This document shows, one piece after another, positions 49,243-61,490 of a stretch of 64,000 bases of DNA (position 1 is the first letter of the stretch; every line of letters starts with the position of its first letter). Location: assembly GCF_018350175.1 (NCBI RefSeq), contig NC_058382.1:61878001-61942000 (forward strand), in the 5' to 3' direction. A program made the translations under genes and the position numbers. The stretch is from Felis catus (lineage: Eukaryota). Below the pieces are notes generated by a model. That model saw nothing but the letters and a program-made list of their open reading frames with translations. It was not told where the DNA came from and searched no databases.

Positions 49243-49887
49243 CATCTTACTTTTTTTGTAGGCACTTTTCTTTGTTCATAGAATTCTTCCAGGTTATGTG
49301 CTTTCTCTTTCAGCTGTTTGACTTTTGCTTCCTTTGTGGCTTTCACAGACCTCAATGCATTACACTTGTCTTCCAGGGCGTTTTTATTTTCTGGAAAAAA
49401 AAAAAAAGGTGTTTGCTTGATAAACATGCACATGACCTGAGTCTTGATTTTGGTGAGACACAAAAAGCACAAGAACCATGAAGGCATGAAAGTATTCTTT
49501 CCCTTACCAATGCAAAGTCATTGCCATCATATGGGGATTTCTCCCCAACAGAAAATATAACTTCTAGTTGACAGTTATTGGACCTCAAGGCTCTTAGCTC
49601 TACATCCTCGAATTCAACATTGGCACCTTGTGGTTAAGACAGATATGAGGAAAGACTTTCACGGAAAACTGATCACACAACAATTTGTACCTCACACAGC
49701 AAGATCGTGCATTGCAATCAACAAACACTTTAGAGGCATGAATATAACTAGAAGACAAAGATGATGGAAAATAGTTCATGTCTAACAACTCATGGCTTTC
49801 TTAGTGATGTATGTATGTATGTATGCCTGTTTATCCCCCATTCACGTTGAAAATTTACTATTCAGCATTCAGAGAGAAAGAGACTAT

Positions 49888-50095
49888 TGCGCACCTGGGT
49901 GGCTCAGTCAGTTGAGCATCAGATTCTTGATTTTGTGTCAGGTCACGATTGTAGGATCATGTGATCCAGACCTGTGTTGGGCTCCACACTGAGTGTGAAT
50001 CCTGCTTAAGATTCTCTCTCTTTCCCTCTCCCCCACTTGCATGCCCCCTCACTAAAATTAAAGAAAATCATAAAGCATAATTTAAACATATTTTT
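49888..50095 (+). mobile_element. Carnivore SINE
   Basis: gcacctgggtggctcagtcagttgagcatc..cttaagattctctctc..A-rich tail. Confidence 0.85.
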
Positions 50096-50516
50096 TAAAG
50101 GGAAAGGATTATACACTTTGGCTATCACCCTTTCTCTCTCAACTATATTTGGGTATTTTCTACATATCTTGGAGGGCAGAGTTGAATGATGTGATAATTA
50201 CTGAGTTGTGAAAATAAAAGATAACTCCTAGTCCTTGAAATAGCAAATCTCATCTTGGCTGTCCTAGTAAAATTCCAGCTCATTGGTCAGAAAGAGTTTT
50301 GGCTCCCAGAGGCCCGCTGTCTGCTGTGGTAAATGGCAGGCAAATATGCTGTGCTCACTTCACCCAATGAACAAAAACCCTCCAAAGCCAAATTACGGTA
50401 AAACTCAGCAGCCAACTCTTAACTACCTCCTGATTCTTCACATTTCTTTCTCTCTCTCTGAGTTTGCAAGGTAGCAAGTGCACTTTGAACGGTGTCACTT
50501 AAAATGTCACTAAAGT

Positions 50517-50705
50517 GGGTGCCTGCGAGGCTCATTCAGTTAAGCATCTGACTTCAGCTCTGGTCGTCATCTCATGGTTTGTGAGTTTGAGCCCTGTGTC
50601 GGACTCTGTGCTGACAGCTCAGAGCCTGAGGCCTGCTTTGGATTCTGTGTCTCCCTCTCTCTCTGCCCCTGTCTCTCTCTCTCTCTAAAATAAATAAACA
50701 AATAA
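50517..50705 (+). mobile_element. Carnivore SINE truncating the upstream-most MIA3-like exon
   Basis: gggtgcctgcgaggctcattcagttaagc..ctctctctctaaaataaataaac. Confidence 0.87.
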
Positions 50706-50719
50706 TTTTATGTTTACTT

Positions 50720-51100
50720 GTACTCAACACATACAAAAATATAGAGATCATACCATGCACAGTTTCAGACCCCAATGCTATGAAACTCTAAATCAACCAC
50801 AAGAAAAAATTTGGAAAGATAACAAATACTTGTAGACTGAAGAACATCCTATGGAACAATGAATAGTGGAATGCAAGCTGCTGCAGCCACTCTGGAAAAC
50901 AGTACGGAGGCTCCTCAAAAAGCTAAAAAGAGAACTATCCTACGACACAGCAATTGCAATACAAGGCATTTATCTAAGGGATACAGGTGTGCTGTTTTGA
51001 AGGGACACATGCACCCCCATGATTATAGCACCACGATCAACAATAGCCAAAGTATGGAAAAAGCCCAAATGTCCATTGATGGATGAATGGATAAAGATGT

Positions 51101-51143
<43 letters not shown>

Positions 51144-54100
51144 TGGAGTATTACTCAGCAATCAAAAAGAATGAAATCTTGCCATTTGTAACTACATGGT
51201 TGGAACTAGAGGGTATTCTGCTAAGTGAAATTAGTAGTCAGAGAAAGACAAATATCATATGACTTCACTCATAGGAGGTCTTTGAGACACAAAACAGATG
51301 AACATATAATGGAAGGGAAACAAAAATAAAAACAGGGAGGTGTACAAAAGAAGAGCACACATAAATATGGAGAACAAACATGGGGTTACTGGAGGGGTTG
51401 TGGGGGGCATGGACTAAATGGGTAAGGGGCACTAAGGAATCTACTCATGAAATAACTGTTGCACTATACGGTAACTAATTTGGATGTAAATTGTAAATAA
51501 TAAAAACTAAAATTAAAAAAAAAAGAATGAATGGGTGAACCAAGAAGTTAAAGGGAAAATTAAAAAGTACATGGAAGCCAATAAAACTGATAACACCACA
51601 GTCCAAAACCTCTGGGATGCAACAAAGGTAGTCATAAGAGGAAGTTTAGCAATCCAGGCCTTCCTAAAGAGGGAAGAAAAGTCTCAGATACACAACATAA
51701 GCTTATACCTTAAAGTAATGGAAAAAAGATCATCAAATAAAATCCAAATCCAGCAGAAGACAAGAAATGATAAAGATTACAGCAAAAATCAATGCTTTCA
51801 AAACTGAAAACAAAAACAAAAACAAACAACAACCCCCCCACACACACACAAACAGTAGAAGAGATCAATGTAACCAGAAGCTAGTTCTTTGCAATAATTA
51901 ATAAAATTGATAAACCACCAGCCAGTTGGATCAAAAAGAATAAAGAAAGGACCCAAATAAATAAAATCAAGAATGAAAGAGGAGAGATCACAACCAACAC
52001 AGGAGAAATACAAACAAGAATAAGAGAATATTATCAGCAATTATATACCAAATAAAATGGACAATCTGGAAGAAATGGACAAATTCCTAGAAATACACAA
52101 ACTATGAAAACTGAAAGAGGAAGAAATAGAAAATTTGAACAAACCCATAACCATTAAAGAATTGAATTAGTAATCAAAAATCTCCCAAAAAAACAAGAGC
52201 CCAGGGCCAGATGGCTCTCCAGGGGAATTCTACCCAACATTTAAGGATGAGTTAACACCTATTCTCTTGAAGCTGTCCCAAAAATAGAAATGGAAGGAAA
52301 CATCCAAACTCTTCCTATGAGTCGGCATTACCTGGATTCCAAAACTAGACAAAGATCCCACTAAAAAGTAGAAGTATAGACCAATTTTCATGATGAACAT
52401 GGGTGCAAAAATCTTCCACAAGATATTAGCCAACCAGATCCAATGATACACCTAAACTTTATTCACCATGACCAAGTGGGATTTAACCTGCAATACAAGG
52501 CTGGATCGATATCCACAAAATAATCAATGTGATTCATCACATCAATAAAAGAAGGGACAAGAACCACATGATGCACTCAATAGATGCAGAGAAAGCATTT
52601 GACAAAATACAGCATCATTTCTTGATAACAGGGTTCCACCAAAAAACTGTTAAATGATCCATGAATTCAGCAAAGTGGCAGGGTATAAAATTAATGCCCA
52701 GAAATTAGTTGCATTCTTATACACAAACAAAGAAGCAACAGAAAGAGAAATCACAGAATCCATCCCGTTGACAATTGCACCAAAACCCATAAAATACCTA
52801 GGAATAAATCTAACCAAAGAGGTGAAAAATCTATACACTGAAATCTATAGAAAGATTATGAAATAAATTGAAGATGACAAACACACAAAAACGAAAAACA
52901 TTCCATGCACCTGGACAGGAAGAACAACTATTGTTAAAATGTCAATAGTACCCAAAGCAATCTATATATTCAACTGAATGCCTATAGAAATAACACCAGC
53001 ATTCTCCACAGAGTTACAAAAAACAATCCTTCAATTTGTATGGAACCAGAAAAGACCCCGAATAGCCAAAGCAATCTTGAAAAAGAAACCCTAAGTAGGA
53101 GGTATCACAATCCTGGACTTCCAGCTGTATTACAAAGCTGTAATCATCAAGACAGTACAGTACTGGCACAAGAACAGACACTCAGATCAATGGAACAGAA
53201 CAGGAACACAGAATTGGACCGACAGATGTATGGCCAACTAATCTTTGACCAAAAGAAAGAAGATCCAATGGAATAAAGACAGTCTCCTCAGCAAGTGTGC
53301 TGGGAAAACTGGACAGTGATATGCAGAAGAATGAGCCTGGACCACTTTCTCACACAAAAACACACTCAAAACGGATGTAAGACCTAAATGTAAGATAGGC
53401 AGCCATCAAAATCCTCAAGGGGAAAGCAGGCAAAAACCTCTTCATGTTGGCATCCACATCTTCTTACCCAACACATCTCCAGAAGCAAGGAAAACAAAAG
53501 CAAAACTGAAGTATTAGGACCTCATCAAAATAAAAAGCTTCTGCACAGAGAAGGAAACAATCAGCAAAACTAAAAGGCAACCAACAGAATGGGAGAAGAT
53601 ATTTGCAAACGACATATGAGATAAAGGATTAGTATTCAAAATCTATAAAGAACATAACAAACTCAAGAACATACCAAAAAAACAAGTAATCCAGTGAAGA
53701 AATGGGCAAAGACACGAGCAAACACTCCTCCAAGGAAGACATCCAGATGGCCAACCGACACATGAAAAAATGCTCAAAATCACTCATCAGGAAAATACAA
53801 ATTAAAACCACAATGAAACACCCCCTCACCCCTGTGAGAATGGCTAACATTAACAACACAGGCAACAACAGATGTTGGCGAGGAAATGGAGAAAGAGGAA
53901 CTCTTGCACTGCTGGTGCACGGGCTTGCACTGCTGGTGAAGCCACTCTGGAAAACAGTATGTAGGTTCCTCAAAAAATGAAAAAGAAGACTGTTCAACAA
54001 CCCAGCAGGTGCACTAGTAGGTATTTATGCAAGGGATACAGATATGCTACTTCGAAGGGACACGTGAACCCCAAAGTTTATAGCAGTACTATCAACAATA

Positions 54101-54310
54101 GCTGAAGTAAGGAAAAAGCCCAAATGTCCATCGATGGATGAATGGATAAAGACGTGGTATATATACATACATACATACATACATACATACATAGTATGAA
54201 TATGTGTGTGTGCGTGTGTGTGTATACACCTACATACATACACACACCATGGAATATTACTTAGCCATCAAAAAGAACAAAATCTTGCCATTTGAAACTA
54301 CATGGATGGA
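50720..54310 (+). mobile_element. Degraded L1 ORF2 (end of EN to C-terminus), RT core deleted at ~52630, 3' end truncated by FA-SAT
   Basis: ORF2-like translations ([54 protein letters not shown]). No 3'UTR or polyA before the satellite. Confidence 0.9.
50867..51522 (+). mobile_element. 5'-truncated L1 (~660 bp, 3' end with polyA) nested in the L1 above
   Basis: L1 3' end with polyA; TSD aa(c/g)aatgaat(a/g)g at ~50855-50866 and ~51523-51534. Confidence 0.85.
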
Positions 54311-57300
54311 GAGCCTCCTGGGACCTAACACTAACCGTAAACATAACCCTAAACATAACCCTCAACCTACCCTATCTAGCACATGAAAAGTAAACCAGAT
54401 GCACAGCCGCACATGTGCCCTCACTTCAGCCCTCCATGGAATTGACAACATTGGTGTCGTTTCGGCCTTAGCAATTCCCTGTACAGAACTCTTACCCTAG
54501 CTAAGTGTCTATCCCCATGGGGACCCAGTTCAAAAGTCTGACAACAGCACGCACACAGGTTCGAGAATCGGTGCAACAATACTCGGCATGGAACATGGAA
54601 CATCACCATATCTTTTGCAAAGTGTGATTGCAGCTGCACGACAGGATTCCAGAGGACTATTCCAAGGGTGGCCCAAACATCTCTCTGGCCTTGGATCCTA
54701 TGAAGTGATACTGACCGGCACACTCCTTTATGTACTCTATTCATCCCTTCGGAGAGACAACTGCACTGTTGTGGGTTCAGTGCCTGGAGCCTCCTGGGAC
54801 CTAAAACTAACCCTAACCGTAACCCTAAACATAACCTTCAACTTACACCTAACCCTATCTGTAATTGAACCCTATACTTGACCCCCACCTTTTCTAGGGC
54901 CCTCAACACAGCCCTTGATGGAGATCATGAGACTGGAGTCGCTTCAGCCCTGTCGACTTCCTTGGACTGAACCCTAACCCTACCTAAAGCTTTCTCCCCA
55001 TGGGGACCCAATTCTAAAATCTGACAACACCACCCACAAGGGTTCGAGAATCGGTGCAAAAATACTCAGCATGGAACGAGGAACATAACCATGTCATTTC
55101 AAAAGCACAGCTGCAGTTGCACAAGAGGATTCCTGAGGCCTAACCAAAGGGTGGCCCATACATTTTCCTGGCCGTGGAACCCAAAGACTAATCCTAACAG
55201 GCACCCTCCCTTGTATCCTACACTCAGCCCTTCGGGGAGACAATTGTTCTGTTGTGCGTTCAGTGCCTGGAGTTTGCTGGGTTAGGACCTAACCCTAACC
55301 CTAATCGTAAACTCCAACCTGCACCTAACCCTATCTCTAACCCAAACACTACACTTGATCCACACACTCGCATGGGCACTCAATTGAGCCCTGCAGCGAG
55401 ATTACGAGATTGGAGTCTCTTCGGCCATAGCCACACCGCTGGAATGAACTCTAACCCTAGCTATGGCTCTGTATGCGTTGGGACCTAATTCCAATGTCTG
55501 ACAACAACTCTCACACTGGTTTAAGAATTGGTCCAGAAATAGTTGGCATGGAACTTGGAACATCACCATGTCACTTCCAAAGCACGACTGCAGCTGCAGG
55601 GGAGGAATCCTGAGGCCTACCCAAAGGGTGGCCCATACATTTGTTTGGTCTTGGAACCCAAATACGAAGACTGACGGGCACCCTCCGTTGTGTACTACAC
55701 TCAGCCCTTCAGGTTGACACCTGCTCTGTTTGGGGTCAGTGTCTGGAGTCTCATGGGACCTAAACCTAAACCTAACAGTAACCCTAACCATAAATATCAC
55801 CCTACACTGAACCCTATCTATCTCATTAAGTCTACACCAGACCCACAGCTGCGCATGTGCCCTGACTTCAGAGCTCCATGGAATTCACAACACTGGAGTT
55901 GCTTTGGCCCTGGTGACATTCCTGGACCAAACCCTAAACCTATCTAAGTGTCTCTCCCATGGGTAAACAAGTACAAAATCTGACAATAGCACACATAAGG
56001 GTTCGAAACAGGTGTAGAAATACTTGGCATGGAATATATATCATCACCATGTTGTTTCCAAACCATAACCCTAACTGTACCCCTAACAATTACCCTCACC
56101 CTACACCTACCCCTATATCTAACCCTACCCTACATTGAACCACACCCTCGCATGTGCCCTCAATTCAGCCCTCAAGGGAGATCACAAAACCAGAGTTGCT
56201 TCGGGCCTGGCGACTTCCCTGGACTAAACCCTAACACTAGCTAAGGCTCGGGGACCCAATTCCAAAGTCTGACAACAGTACGCATGCGGGCTCGAGAATC
56301 AGTGAAGAAATACTTGGCATGGAACGTGGAACATCACCATGTCATTTCCAAAGCACGACTGCAGCTGCACGAGAGGCTTCCTGAGTCCTACACGAAGGGT
56401 GACACATACATTTCTCTGGCCTTGGAAGTCAAAGGCTAATCCTAACCGACACCCTCTCTTGGGTACTCCACTCAGCCCCTCGGGTTAACACCAGTTCTGC
56501 TGTGGGATCAGTGTCTGGAGTCTTCTGGGACCTAAACCTAACCCTAATCCTAAACATAATTCTTACCCTACACCTAACCCTATCAACCTTGATAAGCTAC
56601 ACCAGACCCATAGCCACGCACAACCCCCACTTCAGCCCCCCATGGAATTCACAACACTGCTATGGCTTCTGCCATGGTGACTCCCCTGGACCGAAACCTA
56701 ACCCTAACTGAGGCTCTGTCCCCATGGGGACCCAATTGCAAAGTCTGACAAGAGCACGCACATGAGTTCGAGTAACGGTGCAGAAATACTCGATGTGGAA
56801 CGTGGAACATCACTATGTCATTTTCTTTTTTTTTTTTTTAATTTTTTTCAACGTTTATTTATTTTTGGGACAGAGAGAGACAGAGCATGAACGGGGGAGG
56901 GGCAGAGAGAGAGGGAGACACAGAATCGGAAACAGGCTCCAGGCTCTGAGCCATCAGCCCAGAGCCTGACGCGGGGCTCGAACTCACGGACCGCGAGATC
57001 GTGACCTGGTTGAAGTCGGACGCTTAACCAACTGCGCCACCCAGGCGCCCCAACACTATGTCATTTTCAAAGAGGAACTGCAGCTGAACGAGAGGATTCC
57101 TGAGGCCTATATGAAGCTTGCCCAATATTTGTTTGGCAATGGAAACCAAACACTAATCCTGACTGACACCTTCCTTTGTGTACTCCACTCAGCCCATCGG
57201 GGAGACAACTGCTCTGCGGTGGGATCAGTGCCTAGAGACTCCTGGGACCGAACCCCAGCCCTAACGTAACCCTAAACATAACCCTCACCCTACACCTAAC

Positions 57301-60300
57301 CCTAACATTAACCCAAATCCTACACTTGACCCGAACTGTCGCATAGGCCCTCAATTCAGTCCTCGAGGGAGATCACGAAACTGGAGTCGATTCGCTCCTG
57401 CTGACTTCCCTGGACCTAACACAAACCCTAGGTAAGGCTCTCTCCCCGTCGGGACCCAATTCCAAGTCTGACAACAGCATGCACACGGTTTCGAGAATCT
57501 GTACTGAAATACTCGACATGGAATGTGGAACATCACTATCTCATTTCAAAAGCGCGACTGCAGCTGCACGAGACGAATCCTGAGACCTACCCGAAGGGTG
57601 ACCCTTACATTTGTCTGGCCTTGGAACCCAAAGACTAGTCCTGATTGACACCCTCCCTTGGGGACACCACTCACCCCTTCATGGAGATAACACCAGTGTT
57701 GTGGGTTCAGTGCCTACAGCCTCCTGAGACTTGACCCTAACCCTAATCATAACCCTAACCATAACCTTCACCCTACCCCTAACCCTATCTAGTACACTAA
57801 CTCTAAACCAGATTCACAGCCACGCATGTGCCCTCAATTCAGCGCTCCATGGCATTCAAAACACTGGTGTCGCTTCGGGCTTGGCGACTTCCCTATACTG
57901 AACCCTGACCCTAGCTAAGTGTCTATCCCCAGGGGGACTCATTTACAAAGTCTGACATCAGCACATACATGAGATCAAGAATCGGTGCATAAATACTAGG
58001 CATGAAATGTGGAACATCACCATGTCATATGCAAAGCACGACAGCAGCTGCACGAGAAGAATCCTGAGGCCTACCCAAAGGGTGGGCCATATGTTTGTCT
58101 GGCTTTGGTACCCAAAGATTAATGCGAACGAAAACCCTCCCTTCTGTACTGCACTCAGGCCTTCAGGAAGACAACTGCTTTGCTGTAGAGTCACTGCCTT
58201 CACTCACCTGGAACTTAACACTAACGGTGAACCGAAACATAACCCTCACCCTAAGCCTAACCGTATCTAGCACACTAACCCTATAGCAGACTCACAGCCA
58301 CACATCAGCCCTCCATTGAATTCACAACAGTGGTGTTGTTTCAGCCTGGAGACAACCCTGGATGGAACCATACTCTAGCTAAGGCTCTTACCCATGGACA
58401 CCCAAAACCAAAGTCTGACAACACCACACACCTGGGGTCCAGAAGCAGTGAAGGATCATTCCAGATAGAACCTGGAACTTCAGCATGTCGTTTTTCAGGC
58501 CGGGCTACAGCTTTCTGAAATGATTGCTGAGGCCTACACAACCAATGGCCCATACAGTTGTCTGGAAATGGAACGGAAATACTAAAAATGATCGGCATCC
58601 TCCCATGTGCCCTCAACTCAGCCCTTCGGGGAGACAACTGCACTGCTGTGGACTCAGAGCCAGGAGCTTCCTGGGACCTAACCCTACCCCTAACCAGAAC
58701 CCTCAACCGAAACCTAATGCTACACTTGACCCGCACCGTCACATGGGCCCTCACTTCAGCCCTCGAGGGAGATCAAGAGACTTGAGTCACTTTGCATCTG
58801 GGGACATCCCTGGACCAAACCCTAACCCTAGCTAGGGCTCTCTCCCCATTGGGACCCACCAAAGTCTCGCAACACCACGTACTTGGGGTCCAGAAGCGAT
58901 GTAGGATCATTCAGCATAGAAACTGGAACATCACCAAGTCATTTCCAAGGCCTGAGTACAGGTGCACAAGAGAATTCCTGAGTCCTAACTGACGAGAGAT
59001 CCATAGAATTGTATGGCCTGGGACCCAAAGACTAATCCTGAGCGGCACCCTCCCTTGTGCCCTCAACTCAGCCTTGCAGGGAGACATCTGCACTGCTGTG
59101 GGTTCAGCACAGGGAGAATCCTGGGACCTAACCCTAACCCTAACCAGAACCCTCAAGAGAAACCTAGCGGTATCTCGAACCCAAACCCATGACTCACACC
59201 ATTGCAAGGACCCTCAATTCAGCCCTCGAGGGAGATCACGAGACTGGAGTCGCTTCGGCTCTGGTGTTGTCTCTGGACCGAACCTTATCCCTAGATAAGG
59301 CTCTCTCCCCATAAGGACCCAATACCAAAGTGACAACACCACGCGCCTATGGTCCAGAAGCGGTGCAGGATCACTCAGCATAGAATCTGGAACATCACCA
59401 TGTCATTTCCAAGGCCCGGTGGCAGCTGTTCAAGAGTATTCCTGAGGAATATCCGAACACTGTCCCACGGCGTTGTCTGGCCTTGGAATCCAAAGACTCA
59501 TCCTGAGGGCACCCTCCCTTGTGCCCTCAATTCAGCCCTTCGGGGAGTCAACTGCATTGCTGTGGCTTCAGCTCCTGGAGCCTGTTGGGACCTAACGCTA
59601 ACCAGAACGCTCAACCAAAACCTAACCCTATCTCAAAAACTAACCCTACAGTTGAGCCGCACCGTCGCATGGGTCCTCACTTCAGCCCTCGAGGGAGATC
59701 ACAAGACTGGAGTTGCTTTGGCCCTGGTGATGTCCCTAGACCGACACCTATCACAAGCTAAGATTCTTTCCCAATGGGGACCCCATACCAAAGTCTGGCA
59801 ACACCAAGCGCCTGGGGTGCAGAAATGGTGCAGGATCACTCAACAAATAATCTGGATCATCACCATGTGGTTTCCAAAACCCAACTGCAGCTATCTGAGA
59901 GGAATCCTGACGCCTACCCAACCAGTGGCCCATAGAGATATCTGGCATAAGAACCCAAAGACTAATCCTGACCAGCACCCTCACTTGAGCCCTCAACTCA
60001 GCCCGTTGGGTAGACAACCACACTGCTGTAGTTTCAGTGCCTGGAGCCTCTTGGGACCTAACCGTAACCCTAACCCGAACCAGAACCGCCAACCAAAACC
60101 TAACCCAGTCTCGAAACCTAACGGTACACTTGACCCGTACCATCACCCAGGCCCTCACTTCAGCCCTCAAGGAAGATCACGAGACGGGAGTTGCTTCAGC
60201 TCTGGTGACGTCCCTGGACCAAACCCTAACCCTAGCTAAGGCTCTCTTCCCATGGGACCGAATACCAAAATCTGACAACACCATGCGCCTGGGGTCCAGA

Positions 60301-61490
60301 AGCGATGCAGGATCACTCCACATAGAACCTGGAACATCACCATGTCGTTTCCAAGGTTGGGTTTCAGGTACTCAAAAGTATTCCTGAGGCCTAACCGACC
60401 AGTGGCCCATAGAGTTGTCTGGCCTTGGAACCCAAAGACAAGCCCTGACCGGCACCCTCCCTTGTGCCCTCAACTCAGCCCTTCAGGGAGACAAGTGCAC
60501 TGCTATGTGTTTAGCGCCTTGAACCTCCTGGGAACAAAATCCGACCCTATTTCTAACCCTCATCAGAAACCTCAACTGAAACCGAACCTAACTCGAACCC
60601 AAAGCCTACAATTGCTCCGCATCGTCATATTGGCCCTCACTTCAGACCTCGAGGGAGATGACGAGACTAGTTTCACTTGGAGCTGGAAATGTCACTGGAC
60701 AGAACCCTAACCTTAGATAAGTCTCTCTCGACATTAGACCCAATAACAACGTATGACAACACCACATGCCTGGGGAACAAAAGCGGTGCAGCATAACTCT
60801 GCATAGGACATGTAATATACTATGTTCTTTTGAAGGACCGGTTGAAGATCCAGAGAGATTTCCAGGGGCCTACCCAACTAGTGGCCCATACAATTGTCTA
60901 GCCTTGGAACTCAAATACTAATCCTAATCGGCACCATCCATTGTTCCTTCAAATTAGACTTTCGGGGAAACAACTGCACTGCTCTGGTTTCAGTGCCTAG
61001 TGTCTCCTGGAACGTAACCCTAAACCATGCCTAAACCTAAACAGAACCCTCAACTGAATCCTAACACTATCTCAACCCTAAACCTACAGTTGAAAAGCAC
61101 CGTCGCATGGGTCCTCAATTCAGTCCTAGAGGGAGATCACGAAACTAGAGTCGCTTACATCCTGCCGATGTCCCTGTAACAAACCATAACCCTAGTTAAG
61201 GCTCTCTACCCATGCGGACCCAATAACAAAGTCTGACAACACCACGCCCTGGGGTCCAGAAGTGGTGCAGGATCACTCGGCTTAGAACTTGGAACATCAC
61301 CATGTCATTTCAAAAACCTGGCTGCAGCTGCCCGAGAATATTCCTGAGGCCTACCAGACCACTCTCCCATACAGTTGTCTGGATTAGAACCAAAAGACTA
61401 ATCGTGACAGGCAACCGACCTTGGAACCTCACCTGAGCCCTTAGGGTAGACAACTGCAAAGCTGTGGGTTCAGCCCCTGCAATATCCTAG
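54311..61490 (-). repeat. FA-SAT array, ~15 more diverged monomers, inverted relative to the left array
   Basis: The marker aaccctagctaagg (or variants) recurs at ~54495, 54977, 55454, 55937, 56233, 56700, 57425, 57908, 58372, 58826, 59288, 59752, 60229, 60708 and 61189. Confidence 0.92.
56826..57051 (-). mobile_element. Young felid SINE (SINEC_Fc type) inserted in FA-SAT
   Basis: Intact A box (TGGCGCAGTTGG) and B box (GTTCGAGCC), CpGs retained, long polyA. Perfect 15-bp TSD cactatgtcattttc at 56811-56825 and 57054-57068. Confidence 0.96.

Larger units (their letters stand above)
45160..50516 (-). pseudogene. MIA3: Unprocessed, partial, diverged MIA3/TANGO1-like (TANGO1/cTAGE family) pseudogene; coiled-coil and start of the proline-rich region
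   Basis: Colinear exons: ~50516-50424 DILSDTVQSALATLQ..ERNVKNQE; ~49626-49561 ..ELRALRSNNCQLE; 49390-49251 ENKNALEDKCNALRSVKATKE..EEFYEQRKVPTKK; 47015-46933 plus 46698-46683 KLKMT..LAAA..VATEEINKYK; 46037-45977 QQIEQTREQLQQAELTFRYQ; 45869-45834 LAVHEKNAQDN*; 45744-45677 IKTQIWDREMAEQGREVAYLKYR; 45553-45471 ..KNPPRR; 45329-45160 DSEALVPVTGGAHAPPLTV. Most have AG/GT boundaries, and the order matches MIA3 C-terminal exons as recalled. Confidence 0.85.

Noticed and set aside
56990..57051. tRNA gene
   Set aside because: The A/B boxes belong to tRNA-derived SINE heads (true of all SINEs here); there is no complete tRNA.
59349..60239. 296-aa ORF
   Set aside because: Chance read-through of two satellite monomers; the frame is broken in neighbouring monomers.
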